A DNA stretch of 64,000 nucleotides from Camelus dromedarius (taxonomy: Eukaryota), in the NCBI RefSeq assembly GCF_036321535.1, contig NC_087437.1:65474001-65538000 (forward strand), read 5' to 3'. Position numbers and translations under genes: made by a program. Positions 13,500-26,229 of the stretch are shown piece by piece (position 1 is the first letter of the stretch; every line of letters starts with the position of its first letter). The notes under the pieces were generated by a model, which was given only the letters and a program-made list of their open reading frames with translations, was not told the DNA's origin and did no database searches.

Positions 13500-14793
13500 G
13501 ATATTAATTTCTTCATATGGCTTTAAATTACTGTCTAGTATACTTTCATTTCAACCTGCAGCATTTTTGCAGAGGAGGACCAGTGGCAATGCATTCCCTC
13601 AGCTTTTGTTTATCTAGGAATGTCTTAATTTCTCCCTAACTTTGAAGCACAGTTTTGCTGGATATAAGGTTATTAGTTGACAGTTTTTCTTTTAGCTCTT
13701 TGAATATATCAGCCTATTGCCTTCTGGCTTCTGAAGTTTCTAAAGAGAAATATTCTGGTAATATTATTGATTCCTTGCATGTGATGAGTCAGTCCTCTCC
13801 TGCTGCTTTCATGATTCTCTGTTTTGCTTTGCCTTTTGACAATTTTATTGTAGTAAATCTCAGTGTGTATATCTTTGAGTTCATTATACTTGGGATTCAC
13901 TGAACTTCTTGGATTCATGTCTTATTAAACTCAGGAAGTTTGGGGCTTTATTTCTTCAGATCATCTCTCAGCCCCCTTCTCTCTCTCTCTCTCCTTCTTT
14001 TGGAACTGCCACAATGCATATTTTAGTTTGTTTGATGGCATCCAGAAGTCCCTTACATTCTGTTTACCACTCTTCTTTTTCTTTCTGTTCCTTAGACTCA
14101 ATACTTTCTATTATCCTGTCTTCAAGTTCATTGATTCTTTCTTCTGCCTGTTCATATCTGCCTTTGGATTTCTGCAGTGAATTATGCATTTCAGTTACTG
14201 TACATTTTAGCTACAGAATTTCTTTTTGGCTTATTTTTCAGTTTTCTGTTTTTGATTATTTCCATTTTGTTCATACATCTTTTTCTTGACTTTCTCCATA
14301 TCTTCCTTTAGCTCTTAAGCATCTTTAAGACAGCTGTTTTAAAGCTTTTGTCTAGTAGATGTGCCATTTGGTCTTGTTCTGAGATATTTTCCATTGGTTT
14401 ATTCCCTTTGAATAGGCCATATTTTCTTATTTCTTTGTATGCCTTACTTTATCTGATCTTACTTTGGCTTCACAAAATATCTTTGTTAGTATTTTTTCTA
14501 ATCCACGAGAAACTTTTTTCATTTCTGCAAAAAGGTCCTTGGGATTTTGACAGAAATTGTAGTGAATCTGTACACCACTTTGAGAAATTGTCATTTTAAC
14601 AATACTAAGTCTTCCAATTTATAAGCATGAGATGATTCCATTTATTTGTGTATTATTTAATTTCTTTTAGCAAAGTTTTGTACTTTCTAGCCTTTCATCT
14701 CTCTGGTTAAATTTATTTATAAGTATTTTATTTTTTGATGCTAATAAAACTGCTTTATTTCCTTTGCAGATTGTTTATTGTTAGTATACAGAA

Positions 14794-14831
<38 letters not shown>

Positions 14832-17039
14832 GAAATCATGTTATCTGCAAATAGAGATAGTTTTACTTCTTCCTTTCTATTGTGGATGCCTTTCATTTAT
14901 TTTTCTTGCCTCACTCCTCTAGCTAGAATTTCCAGTTCAATATGAAACAAAAGTAGCAAAAGCAGAAATTCCTGTCTTGTTCCTGATCTCATAGGGAAAG
15001 CTTTTAGTCTTTTACCATTGAATATGACGTTACTATGAGTTTAGCAAAACGCCCTTCAAGTTAAGGTAGTTCCATTCTGCTCCTAGTTTTCTGAATGTTG
15101 CTGTTGTTGTGGTTTTAAATCAGGAAAGAGGTGTTCAATTTTATCAAATGCTTTTTTATTCATGAGATGACTATGTGTTTTTTGTGGGTATTAAATTGAT
15201 TTTTATATGTTGAAACACTCTTGTATTCCTACCATAAACCCCACTTGACCATGGTTTATAATCTTTTTTATATGTTACTAGATTCAGTTTGCTGTATTTT
15301 GGTTAATATACTTGAATCTATATTTATAAGGGATACTGTTGCAATTGTCTTTTCATACAATATCTTTCTCTAGTTTTGTATTAGGATAATGTCTCAGAGA
15401 ATTAGTTAGGACATTCCCCCCTCCATTTTATGGAAAAGTTGAAAAGCATTTTTTGTTACTTTTTTAAATGATTGATAGAATTCATCACGAAGCCAACTGG
15501 TCCAAAGAAAGAGCCAAACCTTTTCTTTGATGAAAGGTTTTAATTACTGATTTAATCTCCTCACTTGTTATGTCTGTTTGGATTATCTATTTCTTCTTGA
15601 GTCAGTTTTGATAGTTCACTTACATCTCTGAATTTTTATATTTCATTTAGGTTATTTACTTTGTTGGCATACAACTGTTCACAGTATTCTCTTATAATCC
15701 TTTTTACTTTTGTAAGATTGATAGTATTCCATTCATTTCTCATTCTGATTTTAATAATTGAGTCTTCTTTCCTTTTTCCTGAGTGACTCTAACTAAAGGT
15801 TTGTCAATTCTATTGATTTTTTCAAAGAACCAATTTTTGGTATCACTGAGTTCCTTTATTGTTTTTCTATCCTCTGGTTTATCTCTGCTCAAATTTTTGC
15901 TACTGTTTACATCTGTTAGCATTTGTTTTTTTTCTAGTTCCTTAAGGTGTAAAGATAGGTTATTGAAATTTCTTCTTCCTTAAATGTAGATAATTACAGA
16001 TATAAATTTTCCTCTGAGTGCTGTTTTCCCTCTATCTCCTTACCATTAATTTTATTTTTATTTTTACTAATCTCAAAATATTTTCTAATTTCCCTTGTGA
16101 TTTCTTATTTGGTCCATTGGTTAAAAGTGTGTTGTTAAATTTCCACATATCTGTGATTGTTCCGGTGTGTTTCTTCTACTTTCTTGACAATCCTGCACAC
16201 CTTCAGCAGCTTTAATATTTATTTCCATAAACCAACTTTAGTTTTATCAATCTTTGCTATTGTACACTTTCTATTTCACTAAATTTTGTTTTAGCATTAT
16301 TATTTTCTTTTTTACTTTTTTGGGAATAACCTTGCTATTTTTAACTTCTTAAGATATATAATAAGATCATTAAGTGTGAGTCTTCTTATTAACATACATG
16401 GGTCAGAGTTTATATTAATTTATATAAGCATATAACATGGGTATAAGTTTACCTCTAAACATAGATTTAGATGTATCCACATTTTATGATACATTATATT
16501 TTCACTATCTTTCTGTTTGTGATATTTAAAATTTTTCTATTGTGATTTCTTCATTAAGCACTAAGTTAGTGGGAATAGATTACTTAATTCTGAAAAATTG
16601 TAAATTTTCTTTACATATTTTTGTCATTGGTTTCTAATTTAATTCCCCTGTGGTCAGAGAACATCTTATATAATATGATTACAATCCTTTGATATTTACT
16701 GGTACTTATATTATGGTCCTTCATGTGGCCAATTTTGTGTGTCCCATGTGCACTTAAAAAGAATGGAAATTCTTGAGTTGTAGAGTTCTAAATATGTCAG
16801 TTAAGTCAGACTTATTAATCCTGCTATTCAAAACTTTCTTTATTGTTAAGAATTGTTTTCCTCTGATTTTAAATCTGTTACAGAGAGAGGTTTGTAATAT
16901 TTTCTCCCAGTTATTGCAGAACTGTCTTATCTTTTTATATATTTTGAAGTACTGAACTCAAAATCCTTATGGATTCATCCTTTCATTATTTTGAAATAGT
17001 TCTTTTTGCCTTTGATAATGCTTCTTGCTTTAAAGTTAC
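13500..17039 (-). mobile_element. Stacked decayed L1 ORF1 and ORF2 fragments
   Basis: ORF1-like 13500-14440; ORF2-like 14480-16165 (track ORF 15740..15922 TKNWFFEKINRIDKPL); older L1 beyond. Confidence 0.8.
14794..14831. repeat. Compound (CA)n(TA)n microsatellite
   Basis: acacacac... followed directly by atatatat... Confidence 0.9.
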
Positions 17040-17610
17040 TGTGGTAGGCAGAATTTCCCCAGGATTCCCGCCTCGTGGGATAATCCTGTATATTCTTTGG
17101 GACTGTGAATATAATAGAGAATATATCACTCACACAATTGTTACATTATGTTGATTTTAAGAAAGGGGTACAATTCGGGTGAACTTGACCTGATCCTATG
17201 AAACCTATAAATATAGATCTAGAGGTCAAAGAGGAAAAACATTTGAAATTTGAAGCATGAGCAGTACTTGATGCATTATTACTGGCTTCAAGGAAGAAGG
17301 GGTTACATGGCATGGAATGTAGGCAGCCTCTGGTAGCTAAGATGGCCCACCTAAAAACTAATAAGGAAATTGGCAGCTCAGTCCTACAACCACAAGGAAC
17401 TAAATTCTTCCATCAAAAAGAATGAATTTGAAAGCAGATTTTCCCTCAGAGCTTCCAGATGACAACTCAGCCTGGCTGACTGTTTGATTTCAGTTTTGTG
17501 GTACATTGAGCATCTCAACCATCCAGTGCCTGGCCTATAGAGCTGTGAGTTAATAAACGGGTTTTAAGTTGCTAAGTTTGTGGTGATTTTTAATGCAACA
17601 ATTGAAAACT
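17040..17610 (+). mobile_element. MaLR solo LTR (MLT1-type) inserted in old L1
   Basis: Starts tgtggtaggcagaatt; cagtcctacaaccacaaggaactaaattct; ends gctaagtttgtggtgatttttaatgcaacaattgaaaacta. Confidence 0.85.
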
Positions 17611-17974
17611 ACTTTACTGATGTAATTAGAGCTATATCAAAATTTTAAATTGTTTACATGTTACAATTTTTCATATATTTACTTTCAAAGCAGCATAGAG
17701 TTTGGTTTTATTTTTCTATCTCTACTGACAGTCATTGCCTTATCATTGGAGAATTCAGTCAAATTATACTTACTGTAATTACTGATACATATGTATTTAA
17801 ATCTACCAACCTCACAGTTATATTCTATTCATCTAATCTATTCTGTCTTTCTTTACCCTTTCTGTCCTTTTAAGGATTAATTACATTAAAATATTCTATT
17901 TTACTAGTTTTTGAGTATTACATTCTTATACTATTATTTTAGTGGTTATCATAGATATTACAAAATTGATCCTT

Positions 17975-18860
17975 AAACTGTTGAGTTTTATAGTTTTAGG
18001 TCATACATTTAGGTCTTTCCATTTTCAGTTGATTTTGTACATGGTATAAGGTAAGGGTCCTATTTCATTATTTTATATGTGCAAATACTATGTTCCCAGC
18101 ATTAGTTGTTGAAGAGGCTATCCTTTCCCCATTGTATAGACTTGGTACCTTTATGAAAATTTTGACTATATCAGTGACAATTTATTTATGACAACTTATT
18201 TACTCTGTTCCATTGGTCTTTATCTCTGTCTTTATGCCAGTACCATACCATTTTGGTTACTTTTTAATATGTCTTGATTAGCTTTGTATCATGTTTTGAA
18301 ATCAGGAATTGTGAGGGCTCTAGCTCTATCTTTCTTTCCCAGGATTATTTTGAATATTTGAAGTCCTTTGAGATCCTGTATTAATTTTAAGATTTTTTTT
18401 TCTTCTTCTGCCAAAAATTTCATTGAGATTTTGATAAGGATTTGCATTGAGTCTGTAGATTGCTTTAGGTAGTATGGACATTTTAATATTAAGTTTTCCA
18501 ATCCATGAACATGTGATATCTTTCCATTTATTTGTGTTTTCCTTAATTTCTTTAACAGTGTTTTATAGTTTTCATCATTAAAGAGGTTTGCTTCCTTGAT
18601 TATGTTTATTCCTAAATATTTTATTCCTTTTGATGCTATTGTAAACAGGATTGTTTTATTAATTTCCTTTCAGATTGTTCATTGTTAGTGAACAGAAATA
18701 GAACTGACTTTGTATGTTCATTTTTATATCCTGCAAATTTGCTGAATTTCTCATTAGTTCTAACTTTTGTGTGTGTGTGGAAACTTATGACTTTTCTACA
18801 TACAAGATCATGTCATCTACAGAGATAATTTTAATTCTTCTATTCTGATTTGGATGTCTT

Positions 18861-18891
<31 letters not shown>

Positions 18892-21800
18892 TTTTTGCTT
18901 ATTTCTCTAGCTAGGTCTTCCAGTATTATGCTGAATATAAGTTGTGAGAGTGGGCATCCATCTTTTGTTTCTTATCTTAGAAGGGAAACTTTCAGCTTTT
19001 CACCATTGAGTATTATGTCAGCTCTGTGCTTTTCATATATGACACTTTATTATGTTGTAGTAATTTCCTTCTATTACTAGCTTGTTGAATGTTATCATGA
19101 AAAAAATACTGAATTTGCCAAAAGCTTTTTCTGTACCATCTGAGATGCTCATGTGGCTTTTGTCCTTCATTCTGTTAATGTGGTTTATCACACTGATTGA
19201 TTTTCATATGTTGACCATCCTTATATTCTAAGGATGCAACTCACTTGGTCATAATGTATTATCCTTTTAATGTATAGTAGAATTTGGTTTACCAGTATTT
19301 TGTTGAAGATTTTTGCAATGATAGTCATTGGGGATATTGCTCTGTAATTTTTTCTGGTAGTATCTTTGTCTGATTGTGGCATTAGAATAATGCTGGTCTC
19401 ATAGAAAGAATCTGGAATTGTTCACTCAATTTTTGGGAATAGTTTAAAAAGAATTAAGGTTAATTCTTTAAATGTTAGGTAGAATTCTTCAGTGAAGTCC
19501 TCTACTCTTGGGCTTATCTTTTTTGGGAGTTTTTAAATTATTTGTTAAATCTTTTTACTGACTATAGGTCTGTTCAGATATTTTTTATTTCTTCATGATT
19601 CAGTCTAAGTAGGTTTATCCATTTATTTCAAGTTATCCAGTTTCTTGGCATATAATTGTTCAGAGTAGTCTCTTATGAACATTTATTTCTGCAGCATCAA
19701 TTGTAATGTCTCCTCTTTCATTTCTGATACTTGTTGAGTTCTTTTTTTCTTAGTCTAGCTAAGAGTTTGTCAATTTTGTTGATCTTTAAAAAAAACTTTT
19801 TAATATTTTTCTATTCTGTTTTATTTCTGTTCTAAGCTCTGTTATTTCTTTCCTCCTGCTAACTTTGGGTTTAGTTTTTTCTTCTTTTTCTAATCCCTTG
19901 AGGTATTGATTTGAGATCCTTCTTTTATTGTTGACATTTACTACTATAAACTTCTTAGAGTTTTACTTGTAAACCTCTTAGTAGTGTTTGTGTTACATCC
20001 CCTAAGTTTGGTATGTTGTATTTTCATTATCATTTGTCTCAAGATACTTTCCAACTTCCTTGTGATTTCTTCTTTAATCCACTGGTTGTTCAAAAGGGTA
20101 CTGCCTAATTTCCACAGATTTGTGGATTTTCCAGTCTTCCTTTTGCTATTCATTCCTAGTTTCATTTCAACATGGTTGTAAAAGATGCTTGCTACAATTT
20201 CAATCTCCTTAAAAATTTTAAGACTTGTTTTATGGCCTAACATGTGATTTATCCTGGAGAATGTTTCACGTGTACTTGAGAAGAATGTGTATTATGTTGT
20301 TGTTGGGTAGAGTGTTCTGTATATGTCTGTTAGGTCTAATAGTTCTCTAGTGTTGTTTGAATCCTGTTTCCTTATTGAACTTCTCTCTGTGTGATTTTGT
20401 TTATTAGATCTATTCATTAAAAGTGAGGTATTTGAAGCTCCTACTATTTTTGCTTTACTGCCTATTTCTCCCTTTGATTCTGTCAACGTCTGACTTATAT
20501 ATTTGACGGCTCTGTTGTTAGGTGCATATGTATTTAAAATTTCTTTCTGGTGAATTGACTTTTATCATTATATAATGTCCTTCTTTGTCTCTTATGACAG
20601 TTTTTGGCTTAAAGTCTATTTTGTATAAGTATGGTCACCCCAGATCTCTTTTTGGTTAGCATCTGCATGGAATATCTTTATCTATCCTTTCATTTTCAGG
20701 CTACATACATCCTTATATCTAAAGTGAGTCTCATGTAGACAGCATATAGTGGATCCATTCTTCCACTCTATGTATTTTGATTTGGGAGTGTAATTCATTT
20801 ATATTTAAAGAAATTACTGATATATAAGGACTTACCATTGCCATTTAAGAACTGTTTCCTACCTTTTATTTATTTTGTTCCTTTTTCCCTCTCTTGATGC
20901 CTTGTTGTTTCATTGACTTTTTTTGTAGTGAAATGCTTTGATTTCTTTCTTACTTTCTTTTGTTCATATTCTATAGGTACTTTCTTTGTAGTTAAAATGT
21001 GTAATATATAAAACAGTTATACCAATCTACTTTAAAGTGATAACAACTTCAATTACATACAAAAATCCTACTCCTTTATCTCCCCCTTTATCTTATGTTG
21101 CTGCTGTTGTAAATTATATCTTTTAATATTTTATAACCATTAACACAGTTAAGTTATAGCCTTTATCTTTTCAATTCTACATCTGAATTTAAAGTATTTC
21201 ATGCACCAGCACTACACTGTTACAGGATTCTGTTTTTGTCTATGTATTTACTTTTATCAGAGAGCTTTATATTTTCATATGCTTTCATTTTCTTGTCATT
21301 TGTTTCATTTGTTGTAATTTGTTGTCATTTGTTTCTAGTATTCATTTGTTTCAACTCAAAGGACTCCCTTTAGCAATTCTTGTGAGGCAGATGTAGTTGT
21401 AATAAATGGTCTCAGTTTTTGTTTATCTTGGAAGATCTTTATTTTTCCTTCATTTTTGAAGTATAGTTTTCCAGGTATAGTATTCATGGCTGGCTTTTTT
21501 TTTTCTTTATGTACTTTAAATATATTATCCTACTTCTCTTCTAGCCTGTAATGTTTCTGCTGAGAAATCCAATGATAATCTTATGTAACAAGTAGCTTTT
21601 CTGTTGCTGCTTTCAAGATTGTTTCCTTGTCTTTGACAATTTGATTATAATATGTCTCAGTGTGAGCCTCTTTGGGTTCATCCTCACTGAAGTATTCTGA
21701 TACATATCCAATGGATATGAATGTCCATTTACTTCCTCAGATTTGAGAAGGTTTCAGCAAACATTTCTTCAAATAAGTTTTCTGCCCTACTCTCTCTCTT

Positions 21801-22855
21801 TTTTTGGCACTTCCATAATGCCTATGTTGGTATGCTTGATGGTATCCCATAAGTACTTTGGGCATTCTTCTCTCTTTTTCATCCTTTTTTATTTTATTCC
21901 TCTATCTTGGTAATTTCATATTACCTATCTTCAAGTTTGCTGGTTCTTCTCTACTGCTGATCCCTACTAGTAAAATCTTATTCTTCTGCTTAATAATTTA
22001 TTTCTGATTCTTGTTAATAGTTTCTATGTCTTTGTAGATATTCTCATTTCATTCATGCATCATTTTCCAGATTTAGTATAACTGTCTGTGTCTCTTACAC
22101 ATTGAACAGTCTGTGTTCTCTTGTTATACATTAAGCTTTTTTAAGTTAACTATTTTGAATTGTTTGTCAGGTAATTCACAGATATCCAATTCTTTAGGGT
22201 CAGTTTCTAGAGGTTTATCTTATTCCTTTGATTGGGCCACACTTGCCTGTTTCTTTGTGTGCCTCATTATTTTTTGTTGTGAATTTAGCATTTGAAAATA
22301 CAGCCACCTGCTATGAACTAGCTTTACACAGGGGAAGACCTTAAGCAGAAATCCTAGGGGCTTCTCAAACCTTCAATGGGGATGCACCTTCTCAGGGATT
22401 GTATGTGTAATTTCCCAATAAGAGAGATTTGCTGGTTTCTTTTTCATGAGCTTACATTTTCTTGCTCATTCTATTGTATGTCTATAGTACTGCAAGTTTC
22501 TTGTCAGTTCAAAAAGCCATTGAGCTCTCTTGTTCTCTGCAGCCCCCAGGCATCTAGTTCCCACCAGTACTCTGACTCAGGTGAGATAAAAACTAGTTTC
22601 TCATGAGAGAAGATTCCCCCTGAATATGAGTTGTGCCAATTTGGGGGAGGAGCTGACAGAGTTGAAATGGCTGTTTTTACCCATTTCAGTATGGCTATTC
22701 TTGGCTTTCAGCTTCCCTGAGGTACTATGATTTCCTAACTGGTTTATGGAGTTTTCATAACGTTGTTTGGATCATATATTGTTGTTACATTAGTGTGTCT
22801 GTGGGAGAACAAGGTCTGGGGCTACTTATTCTGACGTCTTGCTGATGTCACTCTC
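17975..22855 (-). mobile_element. Long decayed L1: 5' UTR, ORF1 and most of ORF2, 3' end not recognised
   Basis: Collinear ORF2 peptides in track (19944..20243 LGHKTSL..LLNNQWIKEEI; 20292..20486 LDLTDIYRTLYP; 18289..18501); ORF1-like ~21380-22200. Confidence 0.85.
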
Positions 22856-22859
22856 CATT

Positions 22860-24600
22860 GATTCTATTACATTTTCCTGTCTTTTTTTTTCTTAACCTGA
22901 CTATACTGTTATATTTGAAGTGAGTGTACTGTTGATGGCATACAGTTGGGTCATAATTTTAATCCACTCTGCCAATTGGTGCATTTAGACTATTTACATT
23001 TAAGCCTTAACATTTCAATGATTACATTAAGCCTGTCCTTTTTCCCTCTTTTTTGGACACTTTTTCCATTTTTTTGTCACTTATTTTTTTTGCCAATTAT
23101 GGGTTAATTAAATTATTTCAGTACATCCATGTTTATGTGTCAATAATGTTTTTGAGTGTATCTCTTGGCATCAGTTTTTTTTTTTAAATACAGGATTGCT
23201 TTAAGTATTGCACTGTATATTCAAAACTTGTCTCAGTCTACTGGTGTTATCATAGTATTATTTTGAGGGAAGTAAAAAAATCTTACCTTCCTTTATATCA
23301 GTTTACCCTCTCCCATTTATAATTGCCTTAAATATTTCCTTTATACATATGTAGAACCACATCAGATGATATAACTAAAATTTCCTTCAATCATCAAATA
23401 TAATTTTAAAAACTCAAGAGAAAGAAAGCCTACTGTATTTACCCATATTTTAGCTTACTGTGTTCTTCCTGATATTCCGAGGTTCTTTCTTTTATCATTT
23501 GCTTTCAGTTCAGAGAGCTTCCTTTACCCACTCTTTTAGGGTAGGTCTGATGTTGACAAATTCTTAGTTTCCTTCATCTGAGAATGTATTAATTTCTGCT
23601 TAATTTTTGATATTCTTGCTGGGTATAGGATTCTAGCTTGTCAGTTCTTTTCTTTCAGCACTTGAAAAAAATTCAGGTTTCCTTCTGGCCTCCATGGTTC
23701 CCAATGAGATATCTGCCATCATTCCAGCTGGTTTTACCCCTTGGTAAGGTATCACTTCTCTTTTGCTATTTTCATAATTTTTTTCCTTAGTGTTTAATAT
23801 TCAGAAGTTTGAGTATGATGTTTCTTGTTGTGAATGTGTTGTGGTTCACTTAGCTTCTGCAATATCTAGGTTCATGCCTTTTGCCAAATTTGGGAAGTTT
23901 TCAGTAATTATTCTCTTATGAATTTTTCAGCCCTGTTCTTTTTCTTCCTTCCTTCCTCACTGGACTTCCATTGACACAAAATAGGGAGGATGTGCGGTTC
24001 CTCATTAGTGCTGGGCAGTGGGGGAATTCTGGCTCCTCACATGATTTCTGTCACCATAGGTAATGAGTTTCATTACCACCCAGTAGGGTTAAAAGTCCTA
24101 GCTCCCTACTCAGCCTTTGCTTAGTGCCAGAGACCGACTCCCCTCGTGGGTGAGTTGAGGCACTTTGCTATGGCTTGATGAGGATAAAAGTCCAGGCTCC
24201 TCACTCAACCTTTGATGAAGTGGGTTGGGGTCGGGCCACAGTTCTTTTCTTTGGTGGTTAGCTAAAGTAGAAAGATTATTTTCTGTCTTGGAAAATAATC
24301 TTTCCTCATCTTTTTCCTAGAGAAAGCCAGCTTTTGTTGGGCTTTTTAGGCTTGTGCCTGTTGCCAGTTCCAGGTTGCTAGCTTCTTCAACTCCAATTCT
24401 GGTATATATGAAGCAAAAAGAAAACCCAGGAAACTCATCATCATTCCTTAGGTCTTTGGGGCCCTAGCCAGTCTGAATTCTCTCCATTTTTTCCAGTCAT
24501 AATGTGTTTGTTTAGTATATGATATACAGGGTTTTCAGTTGTACTTAGTGGAAAGAATAGGGAAAAGTACATCTTTTCCATATCCCATAAGCAAAACCCC
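22860..24600 (-). mobile_element. Older L1 5' portion (UTR/ORF1 fragments)
   Basis: ttctttcagcacttgaa, gccaaatttgggaagttttcag ORF1 antisense motifs; GC-richer UTR-like block 23980-24590. Confidence 0.65.
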
Positions 24601-25102
24601 TTACTATCTTTTAAATCTCATTTTTAGCTGTTGCTATGTTTCTATTTTCATTCCTAACATTAGAGCATGAACTGGGTTGCTATTGGAAGTAACTTTTCTG
24701 GTGCTATAAGTTTTGAAGCACACTTCAAATAACCACCTGATGGGGATATAGAGCACTGATTCCTAGATTTGGACAGAATCAAGAGCCATTGGTAGGGCCT
24801 TTCTAAAGTTAACAATTTATTACTTCTATAGGAATTCTTCCTTGACTAATCTCTCTTGATTTTTCTTTCTTTGACTTTCTTCTGCTCTTATAATCTACAC
24901 TTTTTAATTTCTGTTATATGTCTATGTTTTCAATAGTTTGATTGTATCTTCTATAAAGGTTATAATCTTTGGATAGAAGTTATGTCTTATATTTTTATTT
25001 AAACTGTCAGCATTCCTAGAGCACAATTATGGGAAAGTGTGAAAATTCAGTGAAATATTTTTGTTGATAAATTGATAAACTCACAAATCACATCCCACTT
25101 AC

Positions 25103-25170
25103 CCAGTAATGATAATTTCTGGATATGTTTGTGTTCCAAGGTTCCAGGTTCCTCCACTGATTGGCCACTC
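25103..25170 (-). CDS. STXBP5L: Tomosyn-2 exon 6 of 10 (68 nt), EWPISGGTWNLGTQTYPEIIIT(G)
   Basis: tttag acceptor, TGG|gtaagt donor; WPIxGG motif of LGL/tomosyn; phase 0-2. Confidence 0.95.
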
Positions 25171-26081
25171 CTAAACGGATCATCGAAGAACAATTTATAG
25201 GTTTAATTTTTTTAATTTAAATAACTTAGAAATTTAAAATAAAAAATTTTTGAGTAATGGTAAAAGTTTCACTTAAAAAGAAATAGCTGTTAAGTAATAA
25301 AGAAATAAGCATGTAGCTATCTTTTAATTCTTTTATCGAACAAGCAATTCCTAATACGCAATTCTATATCCTTTAAAATTATAGATTTTAACAAATATTA
25401 TCATTCTTATAAAAATGCAAAGAAGTGTCTTTACTCATACAAATATAGTATTGCTACATCTTCCACATAGTCTATGTACTATCAAACTATTGTGGTGCCA
25501 TTTAACACAAAACTATGTAAATTGTGCCCCTGGAATTGTCCATCCCAACAGTCCTGTGCAAATAATAGAAACTGTAATGGGGAGGGAGAGGTCTTTTACA
25601 ATTGCAAATATTTGAATCCTGTAGTTAAAAATAACAAAATGGAATTCTAAAAGGTTATCAAATGACTTTTGATAATTATGTATTATTAACCACTGATTGA
25701 TAAGAATTAACTAGAGAGTTGACTTTTGAATTTCCTAAAACACTCTTCTTCATCTAAAATAATTTAAAGTAACATCTTATGATTCAAACATATGTTAGCT
25801 TAAATATATACTTAGTATATAAATATACATGATAGGTAAGTATATCTTAGTCTATAATTATATACTTATTATATAAGAAACATATTCTTGTAGACTTAAA
25901 GCTATGTAGAATTTAGGAATTAGAACTTCAGAAATTGTGTGTTTTACAGGTGTCAGCTTATGACTTCAAAAGAATTTAGCTCAAGTCTTCTATGGAAAGT
26001 CAGAAAATAAAATAGCAGAAAAACCATGATCATATGATATAAATATGAATACAAGGTAACATTTCTAATTGTTGCTCTTAC

Positions 26082-26229
26082 CTTATTACTGTATCCTTGT
26101 TTTTTATGCTTGACTCCTATAGAGTAGAGCACTAGAATTAAATCTGGTGGGCAATCAGCAAAGTATGCTGTACATGTAACTGGTGATTCATGAATGTCCA
26201 TGGGATATGGATTTTCAAAGATTGGAAAG
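26082..26229 (-). CDS. STXBP5L: Tomosyn-2 exon 5 of 10 (148 nt), FPIFENPYPMDIHESPVTCTAYFADCPPDLILVLYSIGVKHKKQGYSNK
   Basis: atag acceptor, AAG|gtaag donor; overlaps ORF 25953..26201; IHESPVTC motif; phase 2-0. Confidence 0.96.
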
